From NCBI RefSeq assembly GCF_009914755.1, contig NC_060927.1: a DNA stretch of 64,000 nt; one strand, given 5' to 3'. Below the pieces are notes generated by a model. The model ran no database searches and was not told where the DNA came from. It worked only from the letters and a program-made list of their open reading frames with translations. This DNA is from the human T2T-CHM13v2.0 reference genome, Homo sapiens. Positions within the stretch are counted from its first letter, which is position 1; every line of letters starts with the position of its first letter. Below are positions 33,690 through 61,070 of this stretch, piece by piece. A program made the translations under genes and the position numbers.

Positions 33690-35714
33690 GTGCGGGGCGG
33701 CCCGGCGCGGCCCGAGGAGGCAGCCCCGGACCTCGGGGAGGCGGAGGGACGGAGGCAGGCGGAGGGCGCCCCGCGCGGGGCTTCCCCCGGGCGCGGGGGT
33801 CCCCCGGGGAGTGGGCGGGGGCGGGGGGCGCGGCGGGGGAGGGGCGGGCGACGCAAGCCCTCCGCGCGCCGACATCCTCCTGCCGCGCCGGGCGGTCTCT
33901 GGTGGGGGCGCCGGGGGACACCCCACCTCCGTTTCCTACGCGGTTCCTTCCGGACGACCACGGCCGGGTCTACGCAGGCTGGAAGCGGGGACGAGCGGCG
34001 GCGGATAAGTTGAGCAGCTGGGGGCGGCTGAAACGGATGGTTGAGGAGCTTCATCCATCCCAGACCTCCCCTCCCCATCAGTATCAAAAAAAGGGAGAAG
34101 ATAGTGGAAACACCTCCCCCTGCCCCGTGTTTTCTTCTTTTTCCCCCCAATCTCAGTATCAGACCTACATCAGTTCCCTCGCGTGGGCATCCCAGGGGAG
34201 ACCTTAGTCCCCCCCCTGCGGTGGCTGTCACTCCATTAGTGAGGACCAGGCTCTCCCCAGACCTGTCTACTGGGAGACAGTTGGGGTAACCCTATAGTGA
34301 GATGGGGTGGGGTGCACTGAGACCCAAGGCCGGGCTGCGGGAGTCCAGGTTGCCTGCCTACTGCTAGCTCTCAGTATCCCCTCAGTTCGGCCCGCCCAGG
34401 ATAAGTTTCGGGAAGCAACTACACATTTTTTCACTGAGGGTCTAGTCACGCAGGGCGGACAGTCCAGGTGTGACCTGCCCTGGGCGTTAAATCAACTGAG
34501 GCTGAGGAGCACTAGGATTCTGAGCTGAGGATCAAGTGGACAAATTCGTGCTGCAAGGAGGACAGAAGACTCCTGTGGAGTAAGTGGTCCTTGCCCTTCA
34601 GAAATGTAGTATCCAGTTGGAGAGATAAGACACCTTCACACAGGAAGGAAATAAAACAGCTAAGAAAGCAAACTCACTCAGAAAGTCACATCTGAAACTG
34701 TACCAAGAGCTTACCTACGTTTCAGAACAGGACCCACCTGAGTAGACCCGTTATCACCATCATCACCAGCACAGGCATTAAACGACCAGATCAACCCTAT
34801 AACTAATGAATTTGTTCTTACCAAAACAACAGAACTTCTTTGGTAACTCCCAAAGGCCTCCTAACTTCCTGGAGCTAGCCATGTACTGGGAGCGCCCAGC
34901 GCTGTACCAAGGCAGGTTTCTGGCGGCCACAAACCGTTCATCCATTCTTTCCCCCAATATTTAAAGAATGCATGTGAATGTGCCAAGCTCCTTGCTGGGC
35001 TCTGGGTAAATAGTCCTGCAAGGAGAAGCCAGATCTGCCTCATGCAGCAAGCCTGAAACTGGACTACATCCACGGAGGTTCTCCAGGAATTCACCTAGCT
35101 TTTGACCTAAAGTATTAACACCTAGGGCGTTAATGAGGAGGATTCACTGTATCTCTTACTCCAATCTGTTCTACTCCATTGAAATAATCGTTTGTGGGTT
35201 TTCCTAAGCTCTACCAAGGTACAGGCCTTAGTTATTCTAATTGACCTCTCGCCTGCGTTTGGACACTTCCTCCTTGAATTTCCTGTTCATTTTCCATGAC
35301 TCCACCTTCTCCTGCATCTCCTCTTTACTCTGACCACTCTCCTTTGCTGGCTGTACTCAATTTAGGCTTTCCTGACCATTCCTGAACGTCCTTCTGTATA
35401 CAGCCTGTGTCACGCTGTCACTCACATTCCCACGTCAACTACTGCCCATATCAAGAGGAATCTCAAATCTTGACTTCCAGTCCCCAAGTGACAGGCCTAA
35501 ACACTCATTCTGGTCATTTCACAGGTCCATCAAGCTCACCAAATCTAAAACTTTATCCCCAAACCCACTTTTCCTCCTGCCTTTTATCAAATCATCCAAA
35601 CTAGAAATCTAAGAATCATCCACCACTCTTCCTGCCTCATCCCCTTACTCCGCATCTCACCAGTTTTCCCTCCTAAATGACTTTTAAATCTGCACCCTGC
35701 CTTCTATTTCTTAG

Positions 35715-35864
<150 letters not shown>

Positions 35865-36521
35865 TAGCTGGGATTACAGATGTGTGCCACCATGCCCAGC
35901 TACTTTTTGCATTTTTAATAGAAACAGGGTTTCACCATGTTTGTCAGGCTGGTCTCGAACTCCTGACCTCATGATCTGCCCCACCTCGGTCTCCCAAAGT
36001 ACTGGGATCACAGGCGTGAGCCACCGCGCCTGGCCAGCCAATTCTTTATCATCTCTCCTCATCAGTAACTTCTTACCTAATCTTCCAGCCTCTACTCCTT
36101 CTCCACTGCTCCATAGTTGTCTTTCTATAATGCAAATGTGAATTTGTCCGTAAAATTCTCCAAGAGCTGCATAAGCATGAGCCTCTGGAATGGCATTAAA
36201 GTTCTCTCCTCTGATCTATCCATTCCCATTGCCATTTTCCACCACCCTCCACCCAAATGCACCTCATATTTCAGTTTTCACAAACCAAGACTGCCATACC
36301 TCTGCATGTTTCCTTGCTTTCTCCAATTCTCCTATCCCTGGCCTCCTAGCTAATACTGACTGAGCCCATGACACATACTAATTTATGTAATCCTCACTGC
36401 GACACATACTAACTCATATAACCTCACTTCTACCCTATGAGCATGCCCAGCTATTACGCCCATCCTACAAAGGGGAAAATGGAAGCACAGAGAGATTAAA
36501 TAATATGCCTAAAATTCCCTA

Positions 36522-36826
<305 letters not shown>

Positions 36827-38501
36827 CTAGCAAGTAGCAGAGCTAGGATTTGAAACCTGATAGTCTGGCTATCTGGTTAGTCTATTCTCTTGATTACCAC
36901 ATTATATTTCCCACCAAGATCTCAGTACTCAACTCAAAGACCATCTTCTCTATGATTGTCTCCTGACCTGATCCTTGGATTCCAGCAGTTAGGCAAGTTT
37001 CTCCCCACACCTTACATATACTTTTGTTACACTTATGACATTCATATGATAAGCATTTGCCAACATGACCATCTCCCCTGCCAGACTGCACTGCTTAAGG
37101 TCAGAGACCTGGTTGCACAATTCTTTGAGTTTTCAGTGTCAAAGTGAGTGCCTGACATATATGTGCTACATAGTCACAGTGGGATAAATTAATGAAAAGA
37201 AAGAGATATGTAACTGATGTCTGTCTTAAGACAGTGCCTATATTGTTTGTTATTGTAAAGGAATGCTTGTTCTCCTTGGCAGATGTATGTTATACCATAT
37301 GGTCAGATGGTAAATGTAGTAGCAACTGTATCCATTACTGTACTTCCTGGCTACAGTACTGAATGTGAAATGGAGAATTATTACTCAATCATCATGATTG
37401 GGTGAGATAAACATATTTGTTAAAATTGTCCTGATTATTTTTTAAATGGAAAAGCATCCTGAAGATAAAGTATAAATTACAATATTTAACAAAATAATAT
37501 TAACTAATATTCTCGTATTACTTTTTTTGTCATGTTTCAAATATTTAAGTTAAGGCTTTGAGTTTTTTCAAGTACAGGAGTTCTAATGACTATTTTCCAT
37601 AGCAACAATCTCAGTACAATAATAAGAAATAAGATGGAAACATCTAGCCAAAATTGCCTATCTTGTCTATCTCTCCTCCTCTCTCTACCCCACCACCCCC
37701 AACACATACACACACACTCCCTCTCACTGTATACCTAAAACGATGAAAAAATTAATATAGTGCTCATAAATACGTAAATACTTCTTGCCACAAAAGCTTA
37801 AAAATTCATATTAAGACATAATATTCACTGATAAAATAGTTGCAGTTCTGCTCAAAGAAACATGTAAAAGTAAAGATTTCATACTTCTAGAATCTGTCTT
37901 TAGCAGAAAGAGCAGAAGTAATCTGAAAAGACAGATTGCTAACATTTCTGGTAGTTCATCTAGCTAAAATTAAGCCTGCAGGGTAAACTATACACAGACA
38001 CAGTTCAAAGCCACTAGTCTGAGATACACAGCCACCACCCTCCCACACTTAACTTGGGTGCTCTCAATTTTGCCCAACATTTACACTAATGTCCTTATTG
38101 GATTCAAGCTTGCTGATTTATAAATACATAAGGGTAAATGCGATTGACTGATGGAACCTATTTTGTTTTCAGTAAAACATGGCATTTAGATCTTATGAAT
38201 TCAGAATTATAACCATTTTTTAAAGGGTAAAGCAGACAGGACTAGGCCTCAGTCAGAGTGGGCCCTAGTGAAGCCACAGGAAGCCTAACATGAAAGCCAC
38301 GGTTCCAAAGCTCATACCAAACTTACCAGAGTGGAGGCTAGAAGCAGAAGAACCTTTTGGCTCACCCCCCAGTGTTACTGGTGATACCAAAGGAATGACT
38401 GCCTGGGCCTCTTTCATCCACATTAAGAACCATGCTAAGGCCGGACTTGGTGGCTCACACCTGTAATCCCAGCACTTTGGGAGGCCGAGGCGGGCGGATC
38501 A

Positions 38502-38801
<300 letters not shown>

Positions 38802-39577
38802 TCAGGAACCATCCCTAGGAAGTTGGGCACCAGTACTCCTTTCATACAAAAGAACCAACAAAAGCAGTATTCCAGTGGGTCACCTTCTAAAAAGGAAAAT
38901 GGGAATATTCACCAGAGCCAGTCTGTCACCTCAAGGTACATGTGGATCTGTTGATCTTAACTCCTCCACCCTCATGGTAGAGGCATGGACTTGCAGTAAC
39001 AGCTAGGAGTGGAGACCCAGCAATGAGAAACTGTCCAAGACCACCAATGATGATGTCACAATGTCCCACTGTCCCAGAGTGTCTACCCTGGACCGCCCTG
39101 CCCACCCCAGCTTGGCCACTCCTAGATGAGACCAAGGCTCAGCCTGGGGTGTTTGTCCTTGACAGCTCCGGTCAATTGCAGAGAATGAATTCATGAAAAC
39201 CATAATGAGTGATCCAGTTCCACAGGTAGCAAGGTAGAGGGTCCTCTAGAATCCTGGACGTTTGTCCCTGGATACTTTTGGAAATCCTCACTGAGACATT
39301 TTCCACCGATGATGACAGAGGGATGCTGGTATTGAATCACCCACCGCTTTCCTGTCTATTCCGTGAATAGTATATAAAGCATGAACATAGCCCTGAGCCT
39401 CAGCATTCTCAATTACAAAATGAGATTGAGTTGAATTACAATAAATTTCTGTCAAACCGTAACTTTGTTTGATTCCTTCCTGGTAGACTATTGTGAGCTG
39501 CCCTCAAAGATCAGAAAAAGTACAGCCAGTTGCATTTTTTCACTAATTCATTCACTCTAAATATATGAAGTGCTGAG

Positions 39578-40702
<1,125 letters not shown>

Positions 40703-41541
40703 TGTGCCTCAGCAGTGGCTGTGCTGGAGTAGATGCTCAACAATTGAGAGTAATAGTACTCTAACCTTCAAGAAATAAGTAAAAACCAAAACAAACCTGA
40801 AATATTTATATATAACCAAGAGTAAGCACAGAAATATTTAGTATTTGGAAAGTTAGCATAGTTCAATTGGAAAAAAGCATGTGGTAAGGGGAAATAATAA
40901 TTATTCTTAAAAAATAAATATCTCTTGGATAAATGTTTTCAGTGTTTGTAGCAAACTAGGAAAACCACTTATACACATTTGTAAAATCTTCCAAGCATTT
41001 GTAATTTGCTTGACCCTGAACATGTTATCCTGTTCAATGTGATTTCTGCACAGGGATTTTTCAATCAAAATAAGACATATGAAACCCAGAAACACATTTC
41101 ACAAGCACTTTAGAGTTTCGAGATGTTTTTTGTGGGGCACACAGTAAATAAGGAAATGTCATTTTCTCCATTTCTTTCGTGATACGTCACACTTTTAAAA
41201 GAAATTATTTGGGATGGATGAAGAGAGAAGAGTTTGGAGAAAGGGAAGGTTTTTGTGCAAATATTATAAAACCAAAAAAGGTTAGTATCAGGGTCAGGTT
41301 AGCCTATAGCACTGTGAAAGAGAAAAAAAAACAATAAAAATAACAAAATGTTAATACTGTGAGATGAGCATTTTGAGAATGTATGCACCAAAAGAAATCA
41401 ATGAACGGGCCGGGCACGATGGCTCATGCCTGTAATCCCAGCACTTTGGGAGGCCGAGGCAGGTGGATCATGAGGTCAGGCGTTCAAGACCAGACTGGCC
41501 AACATAGTGAAACCCCACCTCTGCTAGAAATAAAAATTTTA

Positions 41542-41778
<237 letters not shown>

Positions 41779-41893
41779 TCACGAGGTCAGGAGATCAAGA
41801 CCATCCTGGCTAACACAGTGAAACCCCGTCTGTACTAAAAATATAAAAAATTAGCTGGGCGTGGTGGCGGGTGCCTGTAGTCCCAGCTACTCA

Positions 41894-42040
<147 letters not shown>

Positions 42041-42046
42041 CTAAAG

Positions 42047-42049
<3 letters not shown>

Positions 42050-42091
<42 letters not shown>
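42050..42091. repeat. (AC)21 microsatellite
   Basis: Read directly. Confidence 0.97.
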
Positions 42092-42094
<3 letters not shown>

Positions 42095-42935
42095 AATAAA
42101 GGTGCAGTCCAGACAGCTTAATCTGTTGTGGGGCGTCAGAGAGACTCCTTCAGGGTATTTGGGCAGGGAGATGACAAGGCAAAGGTCTTTAGAGATCAAA
42201 TGTGGCCCAGCACGGTGGCTCACGCCTGTAATCCCAGCACTTTGGGAGGCCGAGGCGGGCGGATCAAGAGGTCAGTAGTTCGAGACCAGCCTGACCAACA
42301 TGGTGAAACCCTGTCTCTACTAAAAATACAAAAATTAGCTGAGCGTGGTGGCAGACGCCTGTAATCCCAGCTACTCAGGACGTTGAAGCAGGAGAATCAC
42401 TTGAACCCTGGAGGCAGAGGTTGTAGTGAGCTGAGATTGTGCCACTGCACTCCAGCCTGGGCTATAGAGCAAGACTCCATCTCAAAAAAAAAAAAAGAGA
42501 ATAGAGATAAAATGTAACATAGCAGCTCTTAATTGACCAAAAGTATAAAAGGAAAATGCTGTGGCCACAGATCACCACATTGAAGCAAAATAATTTTGTG
42601 GACAGCCTGGCCACAGAAGGGAGATGCACGGGATGGGAGCTGAGGAGAGAGGAAGGAGGCAGGAAGATCCATGTCAAGCCTGCCAGGGTGAGCTCTGGGG
42701 AGGTGTTGGTGACAGCACAATAGGCAGATCAGGTCTAGCTGGAAACAACTGCCACCACTTGGGAGGGGTTAAGAGGGAGGAAGGGATTATTTTCATTCTT
42801 GATCGATAGGATACAGCCCTACAGAGTAATAGCATAGCTGTGAAATGTGTAAGAGAATCCCTCGCTCAGCCTGTGCAAGTGTGACAGAGCAACATACCTT
42901 GGGTGAAGTGTATGGCACAGAGCCCAGCTTCCTAG

Positions 42936-43239
<304 letters not shown>

Positions 43240-43989
43240 TAGCCAGGATGGTCTCGATCTCGTGACCTCGTGATCCACCTGCCTCGGCCTCCCAAAGTGC
43301 TGGGATTACAGGCGTGAGCCACCGTGCCTGGAGGGATGATTTTTCAAAGAAGTAATGGATAATATTGATAACCATAACCTTGTAACTTCACCGTAGTTGG
43401 AATTTTCCCCCCATAATGTGATCTCTACATTATTTGAAGTTCAAACCCCTTGATATTTTCTTTTTACAGTTTGTTTTATTTATGTTTAATTCAATTTTTA
43501 TTTATTTATTTATTTGAGATGGAGTTTGACTCTTGTCGCCCAGGCTGGAAGTGCAGTGGAGTGATCTCTGCTCACTGCAACCTCCGGCTTCCAGGTTCAA
43601 GCAATTCTCTGCCCCAGCCTCCCGAGTAGCTGGGATTACAGGTGCCTGCCACCACGCCTGGGTAATTTTTGTATTTTTAGTAGAGATGGGGTTTTACCAT
43701 CTTGGCCAGGCTGGTCTTGAACTCCTGACCTCGTGATCCACCTGCCTCAGCCTCCCAAAGTGCTGGGATTACAGGCGTGAGCCACTGCGCCCGGCCAGTT
43801 TGTTTTATTTTTATATAACTTAAAAACTGAGGCGTGACATCAGCTTTGAAACTTTTGAAAAAGGCCTATGGGTTACATGAAAGAGTCATGGTCTAAGAGA
43901 CTGGCTTCCAATTTGGCTGTCACCATATGGGCAACTCATCCCTGCCTTCTTTGAGCCTCAATTTCCCTATCTGGCAGTAAAAAGAGAAG

Positions 43990-45450
<1,461 letters not shown>

Positions 45451-45634
45451 TTATTTTATTTTATTCATTTTATTTTAAAAATTTCTTTTCCAAGCAATAT
45501 TACAATGAATATTTTTAGCCGTACATCCTGGAGTGCATGTGTGGATATATCCGTACAAAAAAACTCTTCAAGGCCGGGCGCGGTGGCTCACGCCTGTAAT
45601 CCCAGCACTTTGGGAGGCCGAGGCGGGCGGATCA

Positions 45635-45894
<260 letters not shown>

Positions 45895-46109
45895 CTATCT
45901 AGAGAGGAATGTCTGAATTAAAGGGTATTTTAACAGATATTAATGCTTTACCAAATTGACCTTCAAAAAAGTTATGCCAATTTATATTCCCATTACCAGT
46001 GTGTGATTATACATTTACTACATATCTTGCCAAATCCATAGTTTTGTAATCCCCTTTACTTGTTGCCAATCTAATAGGTAAAAATAACAATATCCTGCTG
46101 TTTTAATTT

Positions 46110-54070
<7,961 letters not shown>

Positions 54071-54610
54071 CTTCCCTCACAGCAAGGGTTTTCAGTTGCT
54101 ATCATTGAGTGTCACAAAACATGACAAACGTCCATTGGTATCCTCTCCTTCAGGACCGTGTTTAGGGTCACAAAGTTGGGATGTTGACCCAGTTTAAATG
54201 TTCTAGGCTTAAAACATGGAGGGACAAAGGCAATGTGAAGGACAGCAAATACTTTGTGTGTAGATCTGCTCTCATCCCCCAAACACACAAAAGCAAGCTT
54301 TGCATACTGGCCCCCAGCAGCAAATTTCTAGTCATCGCTCTGCCACTTCCTTTTCCACATGAGCCTTCCAGATCACCTAGCTACCCCTCACCTGAAATAT
54401 ATACAGGGCACCAGAACCAGGCCCTCCAATCTGTACTACTCACCACTGCAATCTTGTCACCCAGGCCAGGGTGCAGTGGCACAGTAACAGCTCACTGCAG
54501 CCTCAAACTCCTGGGCTCAAGTGATCCTCACGCTTCAGCCTCCCAAGTAGCTGGGACTACAGGAACGCGCCCCTACTCCCAGCTAATTTTTAAATTGTCT
54601 GTAGAGATAG

Positions 54611-55096
<486 letters not shown>

Positions 55097-57402
55097 TAGC
55101 TTGACTTTCAGGAACTTTATAGTCTGGACGCAACTCGTGCTGGCTTGGAATGCATCTCAACTATATTTCCTTGTATTCCTTTTCTTGTATGTTTCCCATT
55201 AGGAAGGGCCATGAGGAAGATTCTTGGGAGATTTGAAGGGCACAAGGGCAGCGGCAGCCAAGCCTGAAATTTCTTTCCCTTGGATCTTCCTTTAGCTTCT
55301 CCAACTCTTAGGACAGGTTTAAGTGTTCAGTTATTTGATAAAGGGCCCTAGCTTCTGCAGAATAGCCTTGACACCAAGATCAGAGACAAGAAGAACTGAC
55401 ACATCTTTTAGTTAGTTCATCCTTGTAGGTTTCTCTCATCCAAGAGAATTCAGGATTTCACTGGCCTCTGAGGAAACATCTTATGAGGAAACTCATAAGA
55501 TGAAACATTTCCATTTTATTCCTAAATAAACATGGATTTTAAAGTTCAGGCAAGAGTCAAGCAGTCACAGTTTTTCACTAACCAAACCATTGTCATTGTG
55601 TCCCTTCCAGGTACACGCTTCTAAGAACCGCAGGGCAGATACTGAGACCCGCATAGAGGCAATGGAGGAAATGAGAGGCAGGCTTGCTGGGATCTTAAAG
55701 TTGAGAGAGCTTCAAATGGTGATGGCGAATCACTGAGGCTCCAGTAGTATTTAGTGTTTTCATTTCACAATGAAAGAAAGATTAAATAAGGTGTAATAAT
55801 TTTTATGCTAAAAGTTTATAAACAAATGCAAAAGTAGACTGAATGGTCTCCTGTCCATATACCCATCTCCCGACTTCTACAATTATCAACTCAAGGCCAG
55901 TCTCATCTCATCTATACCCTATTCATTCCCCATGATCTGCATGTTTTTTTTTTGAGACAGGGTCTTGCTCTGTTGCCCAGGCTAGAATGCAGTGGCTTGA
56001 TCACAGCTCACTACTGCCTCAACTTTCTGGGCTCAAGTGATCCTCCCACCTCAGCCTCCCAAAGTGCTGGGATTACAGGTGTGAGTCACGGCGCCCAGCC
56101 AATATGCATAATTTTGATGCAAATCTCAGATATCATAACATTTGATTTGTAATATTTCAGGATATGTCTCTAAAAGAAGGGGGCTCTGGGGAGAGAACTT
56201 ACAATACCATTAACTCACCTACAAAATTAAGAATAATTCCTGAATATCTTCAAATATCTAGTTTGTATTTACATTTCCCTGGATGTTTTATACATTTTTT
56301 TTAAGAACATAAACTTTATTCAGCAAGTTAATTGATTCCGGTTTATGTTTCCGATTTCCTAGTAAATTATTAACTGCTTGAGCCGAGGGACTGTTTTGTT
56401 TATGCCTCCTTCTGAGTGCTTTGCCCGTATGTATGCCCAGATTTCACAGCAAAGGTAATTAATTAAATGTATAATAAAATAGCTCTTTAATAACTTTTTA
56501 TGAAACTACACATTCACAAATTAGGAAAAATTATCACACTACCTGTTCACATTTTGATATTGAAAACAGGGATAATATAGATCCTTAATTTCTTGAATTA
56601 AATTGGCATGAAAATGGCGCATGTAGTATAATTAGGTAATTGCAAATCTGAAAGATCTGGCTATTAAAAATCTCTCATGTGGCTATCCTAATTTCTGACT
56701 ACTTGAGAAATTGATTTTCCAAAGAGTGACGTACTGTGTCAGTTTGGGCACAATATCTATCGTCATCAAAGAAAAGTAGGGGAACATTTCTTTTAGGAGA
56801 AAGATGCATTTTATAAATTGTAATACAAAAATTGAAGATTTGCCTTGGATTAACTCAAGATAAATAACTTCAAATATCTACACACATGCTGGATGTTCCC
56901 TTCTGTACCTCCCTCTACCTGTTTCTCTTGTCCATTTCTCCTCCAATCCTAGTTCTTTATTAGAGTGGACAAATACGGGTTTGTAGAAAAACAAAATTGA
57001 GAGCCAGGCACAATGGCGCATTCCTGTAATCCCAGCAATTTGGGAGGCTAAGGTGGGGGATCACTTGAGCCCAGGGGCTCGAGACCAGCCTGGGCAATGT
57101 GGCGAAACCCCATGTCTACAAAAAATGCAAAAATTAGCCGGGTGGGGTGGCGCACACCTATAATAGTCCCAATTACTAGGGAGGCTAAAGTGGGAGGATC
57201 ACCAACCCCAGGAGGCAGAGGTTGCAGTGAGCCATGATCACACCACTGCACTCCAGCCTGGGCGACAGAGACCCTGTCTCCAAAAAAAAAAAAAAGGCAA
57301 AAATGAAGTAAAATATAATTTTCTCTCATTAAATCTTACTTCTCTTTTTGCTTAAAATAATATACTATGCTATAATAATACTATAACTTTTTTTTTTTTT
57401 GA

Positions 57403-57609
<207 letters not shown>

Positions 57610-58073
57610 TGACCTCAGGTGATCTACTTTCCTCAGCCTCTCAAAGTCCTGGTATTACAGGTGTTAGCCACCACATCTGGCCACTATCACATATTTAATA
57701 ACATGTCCTTACACATTTAGGCCTTTACTGTATATTTTCTGAATATATTTGAAAATCATTCATTCATTAGCTCATTCAACAAGTATTTATTGAAGACCTA
57801 TTTGATCCAATGAGTATTTTCCCTAACTTAGAAAAGGGCCAAATGATTTCTTAAATTATGAAATATAACAAGTATACATAAAAGTGCAAAAACTAGGCCA
57901 GGCACCATGGCTCATGCCTGTAATCCCAGCACTTTGGGAGGCCGAGGCAGGTGGACTACCTGAGGTCAGGAGTTCTAGAGCAGCCTGACCAACATGGTGA
58001 AACCCCATCTCTTCTAAAAATACCAAAAATTAGCCGGGCGTTAGTGGCGGGTGCTTGTAATCCCAGCTACTCA

Positions 58074-58178
<105 letters not shown>

Positions 58179-59471
58179 TCAAAAAAAAAAAAAAAAAAAA
58201 AAAAGCAAAAACCCAAGTGTGCAGCTTAACAGATTGTTGTGAAATAACCCCCTGCGTAGTCACCTTCCTACCTAGGTCAAGACACAGAACATCACCAGCT
58301 CCCCAGAGCACCAACACTTTCATTCCGGACACTACCCCTCCCAGCCCTCCAGTGGTCACCAGGACACAGGCCTATGTTCCATGATACTCAGAAACCTCCA
58401 GGACCCCTGCTTGTATGGGCCCCTTCCAAGGCCCTGGTCATCTGATTTTTGTAAAATTTTAAAAGTAAACATTCTACCACATTTGGCTAAGACTGCCTTG
58501 TACTTTCAAAACTATTTTTGTATATGTCATTTCACACTCTTTTTCTTAAGTAAGTTCTCCCCAAACTGTATAAGCTTCAGGACCTGCAAAACCTGGATGT
58601 GCCTCTGGAATTACTTTCCTGTTAAGTATTCTTTGCTTCTAGAGGGATTACACAATCTGAAACTTCATTTTCCAATATGAAGTGTTCCAACTATTTCCAT
58701 GGGCGCTAAACTTTGGCTGATCAGGTTGCTACTTGGAGAGAAGAGCTGACTTACCTTTCATGGGGCATGGAAAGTAGTTGGTGGTTGAGTTTCCCAGCAG
58801 TGGACCACCAGAGCTGGGTGATACCTCAGCTTGGCTTGCTGCTTTGTTTTTATTTTCCCCATCTGCCCCTTCACCCTGTGCACCTTTCCCGTCCTTTCTG
58901 TGTAATTAATTGAGGAAGGGAAAGAGTGGTAGTCTCTGTAGAAACCTGTTTGGAGACTGTGGTTTCCACAGCATGTTAGATGACTGACATGGAATCTCAG
59001 ATACTCCTCTGGATTTAATTTGACAGCAATGAAACACTCAATGGTGTTTTGAAAGCAAAGGACCTGCCGGGCGTGGCAGCTCACGCCTGTAATCCCAGCA
59101 CTTTGAGAAGCCAAGGGGGGCGGATCACAAGGTCAAGAGATAGAGACCATCCTGCCCAACATTGTGAAACCGTGTCTCTACTAAAAATACAAAGATTAGC
59201 CAGGTGTGGTGGCACACGCCTGTAGTCCCAGGCTACTTGGAAGGCTGAGGGAGGAGAATCGCTTGAACTCGGCAGGCAGAGGTTGTAGTGAGCGGAGATC
59301 TTGCCACTGCACTCCAGCCTGGGGGACGGAGGGACAGAGTGAGACTACATCTCAAAAACAAAAACAAACAAAAAACAGAAAGCAAAGGACTCTTGGGGAA
59401 AGTGTCCAGGGGAGAGAAGGGAACTCTCATACATAAATTAATTCTTATGAAAACCCCAGAAGTAAGTAATA

Positions 59472-59625
59472 GTGTTATGGGAAAGGGGTTCCAATCCAGT
59501 CCCCAAGAGAGGGTTCTTGGATCTCGCGCAAGGAAGAATTCAGGACGAATCTATAAAATGAAAGCAAGTTTATTAAGAAAGTAAAGAAACAAAAGAACCA
59601 GTACTCCATAGGCAGAGCAGCCTTG
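59472..59625. mobile_element. ERV1 LTR fragment (MER51-like)
   Basis: tgttatgggaaaggggttccaatccagtccccaagagagggttcttggatctcgcgcaag...gcaagtttattaag. Confidence 0.7.
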
Positions 59626-60264
59626 GCTTGCTTCTTTGTGAGGGTGGCCCACGGAGGGGCAGCAAGGCTGGTGAATCACCTCCCTGGCTAGTTCCTCCAA
59701 GGCAGAGCTGCCAACCAAGGCCAACTTGGTTCAGCACACAGAATATTTACCACGAATCTAAGAGTTTGCCAAAATTTCAAAATCAGGAGATTTCACGCAA
59801 AAAGTTGGAAGATGTGACCGCCCTGGGCCCACATTCCCGCCTGGCCTGGCACTAGCTGGGTGGGGCTGAGGAGTAGCTGCTCTCCAAGAGCCCTGCTCGC
59901 CAAACCTCTCCTCCCCTTTCCCCCATGCTACCTCACTCACTGCTGTCTGTGTGCTTGTCCCTTTCACATTTGCATTTGCAAAGCCTGTTCTAACCTAACA
60001 TGGTTTCCGTAGTGATCTTTAAACATTAAATTTGAAGCTAACAAGGAACAGGTTCCCTCAAAATACCCCAAGATGACTTTCTTGCCAATATTCCCTGAAC
60101 TCTTTACAAAGTGGCCAGCAAGGCACCTCCCCAAGTGGAGTTAAACTATGTAAATGTACACAAAACAAGTAAGATTGGAAATATCCAAATGTTCATCTCC
60201 AGTGAAATAACTTTCCAGCCAGAATCAGTAAGAAGCAGCTAAGCCTAACTAACTACAGATCTGA

Positions 60265-61070
<806 letters not shown>

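Larger units (their letters stand above)
32800..34040. promoter_or_regulatory. CpG island promoter of DCUN1D1
   Basis: Very GC- and CpG-rich against an AT-rich, CpG-depleted background; several GGGCGG GC boxes (e.g. 33813, 33842); surrounds exon 1; no TATA box seen. Confidence 0.95.

Noticed and set aside
33061-34231. Long overlapping ORFs (315, 334, 218, 147 aa) across the CpG island
   Set aside because: Low-complexity Gly/Arg/Pro/Ala translations open in many frames, as expected from stop-codon scarcity in very GC-rich DNA; no recognisable domain
56460-56800. Possible hAT transposase remnant
   Set aside because: Manual translation gave no convincing motif
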